From the NCBI RefSeq assembly GCF_009914755.1, contig NC_060931.1: DNA of 64,000 nt; one strand, given 5' to 3'. Numbering within the stretch: the first letter of the stretch is position 1; each line of letters opens with the position of its first letter. The stretch comes from the human T2T-CHM13v2.0 reference genome, Homo sapiens. Positions 1-12,553 of the stretch are shown here, in pieces. The position numbers were made by a program, and so were the translations under genes. Under the pieces are notes generated by a model. That model did not search any database. It had not been told where the DNA came from and saw only the letters and a list, made by a program, of their open reading frames with translations.

Positions 1-3000
1 AATATTGAAATTTCAAAAGTTGGGTGAAAACTTGGATCACTATTTTCTTATTTCCATGGGTAGGACCTCCCTTGTGGTTGCCACGCTGGTGGCAGAAGCC
101 AAAGAGTTTTCCATGATTGCCTTTCATGTACATTTACTTGGCTCCCAAATACCTTACAGGCAGAATTTTCTTCTGTGGTTATACTAGATTACACTTAACT
201 CTTAGAATATCAAACCACAGCACTTTTTTATATTGGATGGACAGTAAGACAGATTTCTAATAGAATTTTACTTGACAATGACTAAGAATACTGATCAAAA
301 TTTATAAGCTTCCAGAAGTATTTTTAATTAAATTACACCTTTTAGTATGTTTTCTTTTGACTAGCTCTTAAATTCATGCTTAGTTTAAAATTTTTTAAAT
401 GATAACTAACGGCCATTCCCCTAGATATTTTTAAAATTCTCAGTTATAAAGCAAAGATTAACAAATCAAAAATCAAGATTTTCATGAGTTTTTAAAATAA
501 AATCCTGCCATTCAACAAAGCCATTAAAAAATATCTTTTGAAAAATCACAGCATCTAATTTTAGCCCCCTCAAATCACATATTCCTAATCACAACACCCC
601 TCAGAGTGGTCAGGTATCCTCTGTTTAAATGCTAACAGAGGCTGAAAGTTTATAACTGTGATATCCACTCCACTATTACATATTATTTGTACTTCATCTT
701 CTTTATATTTAGTCAAAACCCACTGAAAACTCTGCTTATTTTTCCTAGTTCTATCCTGAGAGCTAGAATAAATCAGTCTTAGCTTTCATTTTAATAGTGT
801 TTCTAAGTCTTGTTTTAAAATCTTAGTTTCAGATACATTTTTAGAAATCTACTATGACTCCAGTAAAATGGAAATGCAAAATATTATTCTCTTCCTACTT
901 ATGTTTTCATTGAACCAAAACATTGCTGGCTAATGAGTGGCTGGTACAATAAAGCCTTGGTTGAATTTCCAGCCCATGCTGGACACCCTGGGGTTCTCCT
1001 GCACTGCACTTATCACATTGGAATTTGTCTTTTCTTCTAGATGCCAGCTTCATGAAATCAAGAGTTTTGTCTATTACATTCATTGTTATATCCTTAGTAT
1101 GATGCCTGCCTCAGAGTGACAAATATTTTTCAAATAATGATTAAATACATGCACTTATGATTGATTCATGGACATATGATTACATGCATAACTGAATACA
1201 TATGTAAATAGACTCTGGAGTCTATGCATTATGAAGATACCATTCAATTTTCACGTTTCTATTTTAAAATCCATGCTACAAGAGCCTAAGAATTATTTTT
1301 CTGCTTTCTTTCTGGGACCTGGTCAGTAAATCTCAGTGTCCTGGGAGAGGAGGTTGTCCAAGGGCATGACTCTTTTCTTGGTTCTTATTTTCAGGTTTCT
1401 CATTAAGCTGTGAGGAGACAGTGTAAAACCAAAGATGGCCCTCAGCAGTGTAAAATCTATAACCTAGTCCTCCAGGTGCCGTCAAAGAGGCATGTGGCTT
1501 ACATTGTTGAATGAGGAAGCAGCAGCCGTGATTGTGTACCCTCATGGGACTAAGACAGATATTTGCTAAACCTGATAGATTTTCAGAATCATGCTTGCCA
1601 TAATTCTATAAGATGATCAAGGTCAGTGGACATCCATGTGTCCTTTGAGTAAAAGGTATACTTGTCCCAGAGGGTAATTTCATTTTGATGTATTTTGAGC
1701 ATAATATCTGGGGAAGATTTTTGCAACTGCGTGACAAAATTATTGACAGTAGTAGGCAGAAAGTTCAGGGACAGGACTGCCGCTATGGCCCAAAACTTAG
1801 AGAGACAAGAGATAATGGATGACTGGGGACACAGAAAAGGGTAGGGTCCAAGTCGATCTGACAGACCTGGCAGAGAAGGACCTGTAGGACTTCTAATCAG
1901 CTGAGTATGAGATTCAGAGTGAAAGGAGTTGAGAGATTCAAAGGTGGTTCAATTAAGATGCAGGCAGAAGCCATTTTATATTAAATAAGTGTTAAAGATT
2001 AATCAGAAAGCTAATTTATTAGATGTTTTTCTACTTCTTTTCCTAAAATGAATATAATTCATTTAAATAGAACAATTAGTAGTTTTATTTGATGGTTATG
2101 ATGAGCCATTTTAACAAAGTCCCATTTTTAAATAGCATAATTGAATAAAATATGCTGTTCTCAGTGATTTCATTAGCTACTCCTTCTGGAAGGAAGACAA
2201 GCTGCTCAGACCCCCATACTACACTGAAGTTACACCTTCCCGGAAGTAGCCTGCCCTAATTAAATATCACTAGGCAACCTACTGAGTGTTAGTGTTACAA
2301 ACAGCCTTGTAAAGTGGTGTAAGCATCACAGAGGAAAGAACTCTCCTTTACTTGAAATACAAACATAGCATAGATAAGTCTTGGGGCTATGGTAGGTTTC
2401 ATGCTTCATGGAAGGCAACATAAACAATTACAGGAACTCTTGGTCATGAATTTTATGACACAGGTAATAGAAAATGCTAAGTGCAATTGTAGTAATGCCA
2501 TAACAGATCTAAGCCTAGCAATGGTGGAAACAAAAAAATAAATGGAACTTCTCTGTTTAACCTGTCTTTGCCTACTGGTGTTCACTAGACATATACAAAT
2601 GATCAGCATGCTTTTAAAATGTTTGCTCTTTTCTAAACCTATGCAATATACATGAATATAGTATACATACTTGCATGTGTATATAAATAAATGTCTATAT
2701 ATGTGTGTAAATGTATATGCGTATATACATACATACTTGTGCATGAACGGATGGGGTATTTCTGACATCACATACAAGCAACAGTGTTCATCAGTGTTAA
2801 CCGTATTTATTTTTGGGAAGTGGGACACAACACCAGAACAAAGGGATGCCTTGACTGTGGATGTGATACTCATCTGTGGTATTAAAACATTTTATAAAAA
2901 GCATGTGCCATTTTTATAATTTAAAAAAACCCCTAAATATTATTAATAAAATTGACATGTAATAAAATAAAGATGCTGTGTCATTTTTTAAAGCCATGAA

Positions 3001-6000
3001 TATTATAAGGGGTCTAGTAAATAAATAAATTTCAGAAATTCGTTAGGCAAAGGGACTCTCACTAGGTCCAGATGAAAATGAAGTGATGTTGAGTAGCTCC
3101 CAGCACAGGCAGATCTGCCAAAGCAGCCATTCTGAAAGGATAAGGAGCAACAGGTATGTACGGCTCTCCATCAGTCATTACTAATTTCCATCACTGTGCA
3201 TTTGCCAGCTAAATTATGTTTCAAAACTTGCACTGGTTTTTGGTTATCACATCTACAGAGGAAACATAAGCTCTGAAAGCAAAATTCCTAGTCATGGTAT
3301 TTATTCCATTCTTGGCTTACTAATCTTCTCTCTTATTCTTTATGAAGTCCTTGAATACGATAAAGCACAGTTTAACTGTGTTCTATTTTGTTAAATGCAC
3401 AATATTAAAATATAAGCTTGCAAAAATGACTACCTTTCAGGTTACAGAATGTTGTCTTTTAATAACTCTTCATTTTCCATTCCTCTATCAACCACATCTA
3501 AAAATGGAATCTCAAAGCAGTCAGTGCCATGACACAAAGAAACAAACACAGAGGAGTCAGCCAAGCTAGCTGCCTCTTCAGTGCTGTCTCAGTAGGCTTT
3601 GTAGAAATGATATTTCTATAGGTACATATTTTTATGTCTGTTAAAGTTACATGGCTCTTCAGACCAGGACTAGATCACTTGCTTTCCTGATGTCCTAATA
3701 GTAGGGATACAATATACTTAAGCTGAGATGGAAACTCCTAGACCATAAGGCCTTAGCTCTTTCCAAAGCCCAGGACCAATTTTTAAAACATGCTACAGGA
3801 GGTGGTTTAATGTTGAAGCCATTAAACATGTGGTTATTCTGCTCACTTTATTTTGGAAATCCCAAGTCCTAGTGGTACTTGCTTTTTTCAAAGCGATATA
3901 TCAAATATTGGTCTCCATGAATAACACAGGACTCTAATGCCTTTTTTTTTTTTGGTTTGAAAAAATTTCCAAATGCATCAGGAATCTTACAGTACCAACT
4001 CATCATTTTTCATAACACAGATTTATGTCTTCAATTGGAGCTATTTAGAAATTGGCCCATAGCCACCTGTACCCTAAATTTTCTCTGGGCTACTTGGAAG
4101 TATTTAGAGAAATGTGAGATGGTAGTTGATGAAAACAGAGTTCTTCATCCCAACAGTAACAGCTAGATAACTGACTGCTTGGCCAAACATTTGACTCAAT
4201 CCAGGGAATGGAAGATGCCATTCAAAGCCAGATTCCAGTTTGTGTTAAGGATTATATTTCTGTCATCACATTTCCTTGACAGTCCCGCCAACTAAAAATC
4301 CCCCAGCAAAAGCCCAGTGATTAAATTCTCCTGGAGCATATTTTTCCAGCTTCTGGAAACAATCTGCTGCAGTGTCTCCTGTAATATCCAAAGGATAGTT
4401 CCATTTCTGAGGCTGATATATGGAAGTAGATTACTCACAACCCAATCCATCCTCCCACCAACAATTTGATTTTGAAATGACTATGGAAAGACTGTGGTAA
4501 TAAAATCCCCATCCACTGAAAGGCTGTTCCTGTTTAATATAGCACGTCATAGCCGCACTTTCAAAATGATGATATGTTACCGAAATGTGACTCAGATAAG
4601 CAAAATGTCACCATTAGACTTTTAAATTAAATGTAGAGACACTATCATTCATGGTCATATGTAGAAACATTAGGGAAGCACTATGCTATGTCCAAGGACA
4701 AAATGAAAATAAGCTCAGGAGACGTCAGATTTCGCCAAAAGTAAAATCCTTGGACACCTACTTTTATTTTTGACTTACCCCCAAGTCAAGTAGATATTTG
4801 GACAGAAAGACAGACATTTTCTTCTGATATTTTAGGGATCACAGAGTCCCTAAGAGAGGTACCTGTAAGTACCATTCGATCCGTGGCAGGTTTAGATGTT
4901 ACAATTCTAACTATCTGACAGACATTTCTGGCTAGATTCCAATGGTGGTTTGCACTAAGGACTTTCTGAAAAGGGAAAAATAAAGTAGATAAAATAATAT
5001 ATTAGACTACCCCATACATAGAAAATGGGGTTATCAAGTACGACCTTTGGACCTGACAAATAATAGTTGAAGCATCCTTCTGAATGATCCAGGCATCCCA
5101 TAAATCTGGCAGTGGAACTCATACAACAAGCCTTTGTTCTTGGGTCAAGGATTACTTGGAGTAATGAAAACCAAAAACCTAAAAGAAAGACCTAAAATGG
5201 GGCTCCTCTCACCACTGTATCCAACAGTCTATAGTTATTAGCCTCTGTGCAACATTCCAATGACTGTTTCCTATTTCAGTGACATATGTTGACATATGTT
5301 GCTACTTTTGCTTTTGCTGTTTTTTTTTTCCAAGTCAATTAGGGTGCTTTCTATTATCATTCAACAAAGTTTAGAAGTAAACATTGTTAGAGTGCTCCAT
5401 TTCCTGTAACCACAGTTCCCACACAGGATTATTTGCTCTGCAATTTAAACAGCACTTAAAATTGAGTGGTTCTGCAAACTAGCTGTGGGCCTCTGTTTAA
5501 TCCTTTGCTCATCTTCTATTGCAGCAAAAGGCAAAGATGGCTACACATAGGCAGTACGGAGCTGTACAGACAGCCCAAGCTGAACCAGTCCTGCATGGCT
5601 ATTGGCTACAGCCCAGCAGCCTGGGCTGACCCCTGGGTTACCTCTCTGAGGTACCTCCAAGCACAGACATCTCCCATGCCACCTCACCATTCCTCAGAGA
5701 TATAGCACACAAGTTGACATTATCCATGTGGCACTTCCCAGCTCCTATATAATGAAACGGAGGGTTGGCGGGTGAGGGGGACATGCAGAGAGAGTCACTA
5801 AATAGTCTTGATATATTTAGTCTTAGAAATGGAAGTGGTTTTACAGTTATATTTCTGCAGGACATTCAGAAGGTTTTAGAAGGCCTTCAGACAATCTTGT
5901 GGTCTTCCAAGACTGAATGTAAAGAGAAGAGATAATATTTTTCTTTAAGTTGATGGGTAGTTACAGTAGAATTGTATGGTACAGGGAAAAAAACCAATGC

Positions 6001-6356
6001 ATAGGGGGAGGATGGAGCAGTGCCATTTATACGAACATCCTTTGAATCTTTAAAATAAATTATACAGGTGAACACAGAAGTTCATGCTACTTGCTGGAAG
6101 CAATAAGGATCAAATTTTGTGGAACTCGTACTGTATTCCACAAATCTCCAGGTATCCTGCCTCCTTCTCAATGGGCTATCATGTTCTGTTGTACATCTTG
6201 GTAGCCCTTAAAAGCTAGTGGCATGGTCTCAGGTAGAATCTTGCAGGAGAGAGACAGATATATGAATTCCATCAGCTTCTTCCAGGGGAGCTGCCCAATT
6301 GCAGGGAGGGCAGATGTGATACGCTTGCTCATGTCCTCTTTGCCCGAATACCAGGG
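1..6356 (-). other. DGKI: Probable long 3' UTR of DGKI (distal end not determinable from the window)
   Basis: Contiguous with the stop codon at 6357-6359. AT-rich and free of recognisable Alu/L1. Several minus-strand AATAAA candidates (plus TTTATT, e.g. 4763-4768). The full extent is inferred. Confidence 0.7.
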
Positions 6357-6473
6357 TCAAACAGCAGTTTCCAGGTCCTCATGGCCAATGACCTTATAGT
6401 TCTGACGGCTTTCTAGGTAAGCAGCCAAGTCTGGGTCCCCAGCCTGCTGTGCTCTTTCTTGAGGTGTCTTACC
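6357..6473 (-). CDS. DGKI: DGKI terminal coding exon: [38 protein letters not shown], ending in the PDZ-binding motif ETAV
   Basis: Acceptor ...ttttcgtatAG at 6475-6474. 39 codons including TGA at 6359-6357. Peptide recognised as the DGK-iota C-terminus (paralog DGKZ also ends in ETAV). Confidence 0.97.
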   Translation of the reverse strand, partial: GKTPQERAQQAGDPDLAAYLESRQNYKVIGHEDLETAV

Positions 6474-8752
6474 CTATACGAAAATAGTGAGAAAAAAAAA
6501 AAGAGAGAGAGAGATAGACACAAGCGCTAGTCGTGAAATACAAAAACAAAAAACAAAACAAAACAAAAATCACAGAAACAGAACTACGCAAGGATACCTG
6601 CTAGTAAGGATCCTTTCACATTTGGTGTTTTAGAGTTTACAAGACACTTTCAAATCTATTGTCTTATATGAGCATTAAATTGAACATGTGCGATTGGTAA
6701 ATGAAAGGGAAAGAGTTTATCACTTTTGACGGGTGGGGTTTATACTAGGGAAACAGAAGTTCACAGAGGTTAACAGTATACAGAAGGAAACAGTGGGGTA
6801 AAGCGAGTTTTGAAACCCAGAGCCTTTCTGGAAGATGGGGAGGTAGAAATTACTGAATTTAAAAAATAGGGAGGCAGGCATTTAGATTTCTAGTTTAGGA
6901 CTCTTTCTATTATTCTAAACTTGGGAAATCAACATACAGAAACTAAAAGGAAGGGATAGTCATAAAAAAATTGAAAGGTTTTCTTTATTGGTTTCAGACT
7001 TGGGCTATTTCATCTCTCTAAAAACTAAGCTAGTTTCTCAATACAAAAGTGGTAGATATTGATTAAAGAAATCTTGGAAAGCTTGAAAAGCACAAAGAAG
7101 AAAAGGAATATCCCTAATCATTCCACCAAACTAAGATAACCACTACTAACCTTCCATTGATAACTAGATTTTGTCTTTTATATGCCTCTATACGTATTTT
7201 TATAAAAACAAAACCACAATTCATTTACATACTGTTTTACAACCTTTCTTAGTAATATATCATAAATTTGTCATTAATTTTTTACATCAACATGTTAAAT
7301 GATCATATAATTTCTTACAGACTACTATAATGCCTTTTGTACACTTATATACACACATATACACATATATTTGTATATATATATTGCTATTTTTTAAATG
7401 AGGCCACTGAATAAGAAGTCAGCAGTAAAGGGAGAAAGAGTGTCCATTCTTTTGAATGCCTGTATATATTACTTGGCATCGCTCAAAATTTCTAATTTTT
7501 GTTGAATGATAAAGTTTTAACTATTTAAAAAGTTATGTTAAGTTCCAAAGGAAGGGTAGAGGCATGATCATTGTACCAAATAAATAGCTCCATGTACAAA
7601 TGCACACAAGTGTTATAAATATTATCAGAGACTTCTCAGCTTTCATCTCGGCTATCCCAACAGATACTGGCGACCTCAATCCAACCTGCTCTACATAGCC
7701 TACTGGGGAGAGGACAAAAGGGAAGTAACAATGGCTCTAGAATCTTTCTAAAATGTTACTTATTCACTTGGGATTTAGCCGTTAACCACTAGTTTGAAGT
7801 TCCTTGAATAATTTTTATTCAACTTGTTTGCAGCCTTAGTAGATAATTGTGTCTTTACTTCCATAATAATGAGGTTGGAATTTCCAGGTTCCAAATATTC
7901 AGAGAGGTTGCTGAGGTGGGCCTTTGAGGTGATTTCTGAGGAACTGATCTCTAATAGGAGAAATTCTCAGGATGCTGCTTCTCTCCAAAAAAATTCCAGG
8001 AGAAGATTCAGTTGTAATGATCACATTCAACTTTAAACTAGCATCAAGTTACAGAATGGCAAAATTTAAAAATCCTTAAAAAGTAATGAAGTATAGCTAT
8101 ATTATTTCATGTGGTAAGACCTCTAGAATATAACGTTGAGTGAAAAGTTATACGATATCATGTATGTATGACTTCATCTAGTTAAAAACAACAAGAGAGA
8201 AAAACAGGCATATCTACATGTGAAGGGGGATCATTACAAGTTTAATGATATCTAGGTCTAGGTTGTGAGGTTTCCAGCAATTTTTTGCTTTTTGGAGCAT
8301 ATCTTCCTACATTACTAGTTTTCTATGTGAGGGGTTTATAATTATAAAAACAAGCTATTTCCATTTTTTTTTTAAAAAAAGCAGACACATACACAACACA
8401 AAACAGAAAGAAGTTTCCATGAACATTGAGTCTTTTATCTGATTCAGAAACTTAGAAAGATAAAAAAGCAGACCTGCTCAAGAGCCAGGTCTCCTGATTC
8501 CTGTTTGGTTTGTCCCTCTTTTTCATGGCTTCTCTCTGTTTTTAAAATGATCTGAGTTGAGTGTAGGACCAGCCTTTGTGTGGTAAAGAGGCAGTTGTGC
8601 TGCTGTGGTCTGAGTGGCCCTGGCAAGACCAACCCTACCCCATAACCTGGCTCCATTAATCCTGAATATAAGTTGTGTGTTTCTCAATCAGGCTAAACAT
8701 CAAAACATCTGAGTGCAAATAACATCTGGGAAGAACATCACATTGAGAAATT

Positions 8753-8799
8753 ATTACTTTTAATGGCAAAAACCACAATTACTTTTACACCAACCTAAT
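8753..8799. mobile_element. Partial MADE1 (Hsmar1-derived MITE), one arm
   Basis: attacttttaatggcaaaaaccacaattacttttacaccaacctaat matches one MADE1 half. Confidence 0.75.
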
Positions 8800-9314
8800 T
8801 ATCTGCCATTTGAAATAGTGTACCCAATTAGCTAGCCAGACAGGTAACAGACCACTAGAAACCAGGACACAGCTCAAGTGTGTTTGATATACCTAGGCAG
8901 CCAGGGACTTCAGAGAGCAAGGGTGCTCATGGGTTGCCAGGAAAGTGGAGAGTTCTATGTAATACAACTGGCTCAGAAAGGAAAGAAAGTCCACTAGGAA
9001 GGCAAAGTTATTTCATAAAGTGGACTGCAGTTTGAGGAGGCCCCAGGGAAAAAAATTGCACATAGGCAGATTCTTATCACTTAAATAAATCTAATGGAGC
9101 TTAAGCCATTAATTAGGCTTCTAAGTAATCTATGTATGTGTCATGGTTACAACCATTGGCCCAAAACCTGAGCTACTCGGTACCTGCTTAATGAAGGCCT
9201 CAACTATATATCAAGATTCTTCTCTGTAAGTGTCTATAGGTAAGTGGTTCATTCTTTCCTGGAGTCTACCGAGAGTGTTCTAAAACTCTCAGAGCTTATC
9301 AGAATCCTCTATGG

Positions 9315-9547
9315 CAAGCTTGTCCAACCCACAGCCCGCAAGCCATATGCGACCCAGGATGGATGCGAATGAGGCTCAACGGAAATTCGTAAACTTTCTT
9401 AAAACATCGTAAGATTTGTGTGTGTGTGTGATTTTTATTTTTTCAGTTCATCAGCTATTGTTAGTGTTAGTGTATTTCATGTGTGGCCCAAGACAATTCT
9501 TCTTCGTCCAATGTGGCCCAGGGAAGCCAAAAGATTGGACACCCCTG
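9315..9547 (-). mobile_element. MER30 (hAT-Charlie MITE)
   Basis: Termini caagcttgtccaa / ttggacacccctg and a perfect 8-bp TSD CTCTATGG at 9307-9314 and 9548-9555. Confidence 0.88.
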
Positions 9548-10736
9548 CTCTATGGTGTTGATCTTCTATGTAAACTAACTCCTCTTTCTCTCTCTTCTTT
9601 CTTATAGGCTGAGCCCTGGGTCAACTCTACTAAGCTACAACTCCTCCTTCCCTCTATCTTTCAACCCTTTCTCTTGGGTGCTCTCTATAAACTTAAACAA
9701 CTCGTGGTGCAGCTTGTTCTCAGTTCTCCTAAACAGAGTTTCCCCTAAGGCCTCACCTCCGCCAGCTGATGCTATCAAGGTTGGCATACATGTCACAGTA
9801 CAATATCTGGCCTCACTGCCCTCTTATTAAGATAGTCCTAAGAAAGTGGACACTTTAAGTTCAGATTTACATAACTTTTGCTGTGGAGAAACCAACCACA
9901 TTTCAAGCCAAGTGCCACAGGTATCACTGTACCTCAACAAAACAGACTCCATAAACAAACCGATTTTGTTATGTGGCTGGGGTGTTCTGGCACCAAATGA
10001 GAACCACCAACCTGCTGATACAACACTGGGCTGGACGTCAAAAGAGCTCAATTTAATTTAAGCCTCAGCTACTGGTCCAAGGGTATGTGTAACTTTCTCT
10101 AGGCTTTTAGCTCCTATACCTATAAATGACAGTAATTCCCATGCTATCTAGTACCTGAGGTTAACTTTTAGAGAATAATATTAGAAAACAAATGGAAAGA
10201 ATTTTTTAAAAATGAAGAACTACATAAACACACCAGATTTAAGACTATGACCATCTCAAAGCCAGATCCTACCATCCTGGGAGCTGGGAAAGAATCCCTT
10301 TGGCACCCATATAAGGGGCCATATAAATCATAGAATTTAAAACACGTTGGAGTAAGTACTGAAGGAAAACCCCAAAGGGGCTTCTCAGTAGTCAGGCCAA
10401 AGTCTTTGAAAATGGTCCTGACCCCTCTCCTTGGGCTTTGGACCTCAACTCCCATGACTTGGCTGCTAGCGCTCAGCAGGACAACCCCAAAGTCCCAAGG
10501 TCAACGTGTTCAGAGGTTTATAAAGCCCCATAGGCAAGCACACGCCCTCCCTTTGTGCTTATACATTTAAATCACAGTTTCTCTAAATGAAGCACTCTAT
10601 TTTTTCCTCCTTTTTCCAAAGCCCCAGGCACTTCCATAAGCACAGAAAGGATGTCCGTGCTATGGTCACAAGCAAAGGCAACAGCGCCTGCGATCTCGCC
10701 CAGCGGGAGGATGTTTGCACTCACTCATCGAGTTAC

Positions 10737-10836
10737 CTTGGAGTCCGTCTTTCTCAGAGATGCTCCTGCATCCACCAGAAGCTGGCACACAGCCCGGTTC
10801 CGCTGGCAGGCAGCCTTGTGCAGTGCAGTCTCACCC
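10737..10836 (-). CDS. DGKI: DGKI 100-nt exon: (T)GETALHKAACQRNRAVCQLLVDAGASLRKTDSK, ankyrin repeat
   Basis: Acceptor tttAG at 10838-10837, donor AAG|GTAACT. Phase 2 to 0, in frame with both neighbours. Ankyrin GxTxLH motif. Confidence 0.97.
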
Positions 10837-12516
10837 CTAAATCAAAGATGAAATGGGAAACCACCCATAAAGGGGTTGGAGGCAGCAGGGAATGGGTGAG
10901 GGGAGCTGATGTAGGGTGCTCCTCAGCCTCCTTCCCTGTAGGCTGCTGAGACTTTGGCTGTAGGGTACATTCTGGGGAGGTAGGGAAGGGGATTTCTAAA
11001 AATTCCTTGAGCTAGCCATCAACTGATCATAATATCTGACTCTAGCCCCCTTTCCAAATAGTGTTGATTAAGTTTAGTAATTTTTTTAAAAGCTACTACT
11101 ATTTGATTTAGGTGATAGTCAATGCAGTATTAAACAGACTAATTGTCTAGATGTATCTGAATACTGAAGCCATTCTCTTCTGTGCATACATTTGAGCAGA
11201 GCGAGAAAGGCACTGGGTGAAAGAACAGGGAGCAGTGTGGAGCGCCTCTGGCCCTTCAGGCACAGCACGCAGCCCTTGGTTGATGGCCACTCGGCCTGCA
11301 GTGGAGTATCTCCTGAGAACCCAAGTTCAAAGAACCAGGCCAACACCCACTCTGCTCTATCCACTTTAGATTCTGTGTGAGTGGCAGGTGGAAGGAGGGG
11401 GCAGCCACAGAGGATATCTGAGAGGCACAGTGAGACCCTGGGAGAGTTTGAGAGCCAGGGCTCTCCCCAGGAGGCAGCAGGCTTGAGGCCAGCCACTCAG
11501 TGTGGGAAGGAGCAAGGGAAACTGGCCATTTCCCCATCACTGACAGGCTCTATAGGGAGGAGGGTATTCCTATCCTGAGCCCAAAGGCACCAAGATGCTT
11601 AACGCCAAAGTGTTTCAGGAAAAATCAATAGCAGCCTTTAGAGAAGGCAAAATGGGGTAAGTGATGGCACCACTTATAATCTTGCCAATAGGATGTGCTG
11701 GCATGTGGACCAGCTCTATGGAGTGATAGACAGCTTCTTCCACAGCTCTACTGCTTCTCTTCGTCCTCCATTCTATTCATTTCTACTTCTCCTCCTTCCC
11801 ACATGCTTAGCTACTCACCACCTCATTCCTCTCCACACCAACTCATCTTTATACCTTTTCAAATATGGCTTTCAGGATTAGTTGTACAGCCTATCTTTGT
11901 TCCTGTTTGGGGAGCAGTGGCTATTTCGCTACTTTAGAAATAAGGTTGAAAACAAACATTATCATCAGTTTAGGCACCATCCCAGAGCTGATGACTTTTT
12001 CAATCAGGATCCCTTCTCTGAACCACAGAAGACAGAAAATAGAGTGACTATGTTCTCAGTTCTTCAGTGGTGGTTCATAACTTGTCCTGTTCTAGACTAA
12101 CAGAGAGAAGTTATGTCACTACATGTGAATAATGCCTTAGGGCAGTAGGGCCCCATTTTTTCAGAAACTCCAGTTGAGAAAGAATAAATGTGATGGGTAT
12201 ATTAAAAGGTAAGTGTAATTATTTAGACTTCTCAACATTCCAAGATGCACCAGTGCAGAAGTACATTGTTTGAAGCAAGCTCTAAATGATGATTAGCGCT
12301 GACTATGGAGGCAAGCATTATGACAATTGTCATCAATTTCTATTCCGTAATTTTTTATTTAGGCTATTAGCCCTGCACATTTATGAACAAAGTTGAAAGT
12401 GGACTTTGAATTAATTAAGTTAAAATTACCTATGATATGCTCTATAGATTACATTCTTCTCCCAGATATGTTCTGAAGAAAATAACCTAGACTATGTAAT
12501 AAAAGGCAACACTCAC

Positions 12517-12553
12517 GTTTCACTGTCTGCCATATCCAATAACTCGGAAGGTC
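12517..12553 (-). CDS. DGKI: DGKI 37-nt exon: (G)PSELLDMADSE(T)
   Basis: Acceptor ttcttatttAG at 12555-12554, donor AAC|GTGAGT. Phase 1 to 2, matches the recalled DGKI peptide. Confidence 0.95.

Noticed and set aside
2406-2873. 155-aa minus-strand ORF in the 3' UTR region
   Set aside because: The middle derives from TA/CA low-complexity sequence (Y/I/H-rich), there is no recognisable domain and no splice link to DGKI. Most likely a chance ORF. Ribo-seq or PhyloCSF would settle it.
10587-10949. 120-aa and 66-aa plus-strand ORFs
   Set aside because: Antisense shadow of the GC-rich 100-nt DGKI exon.
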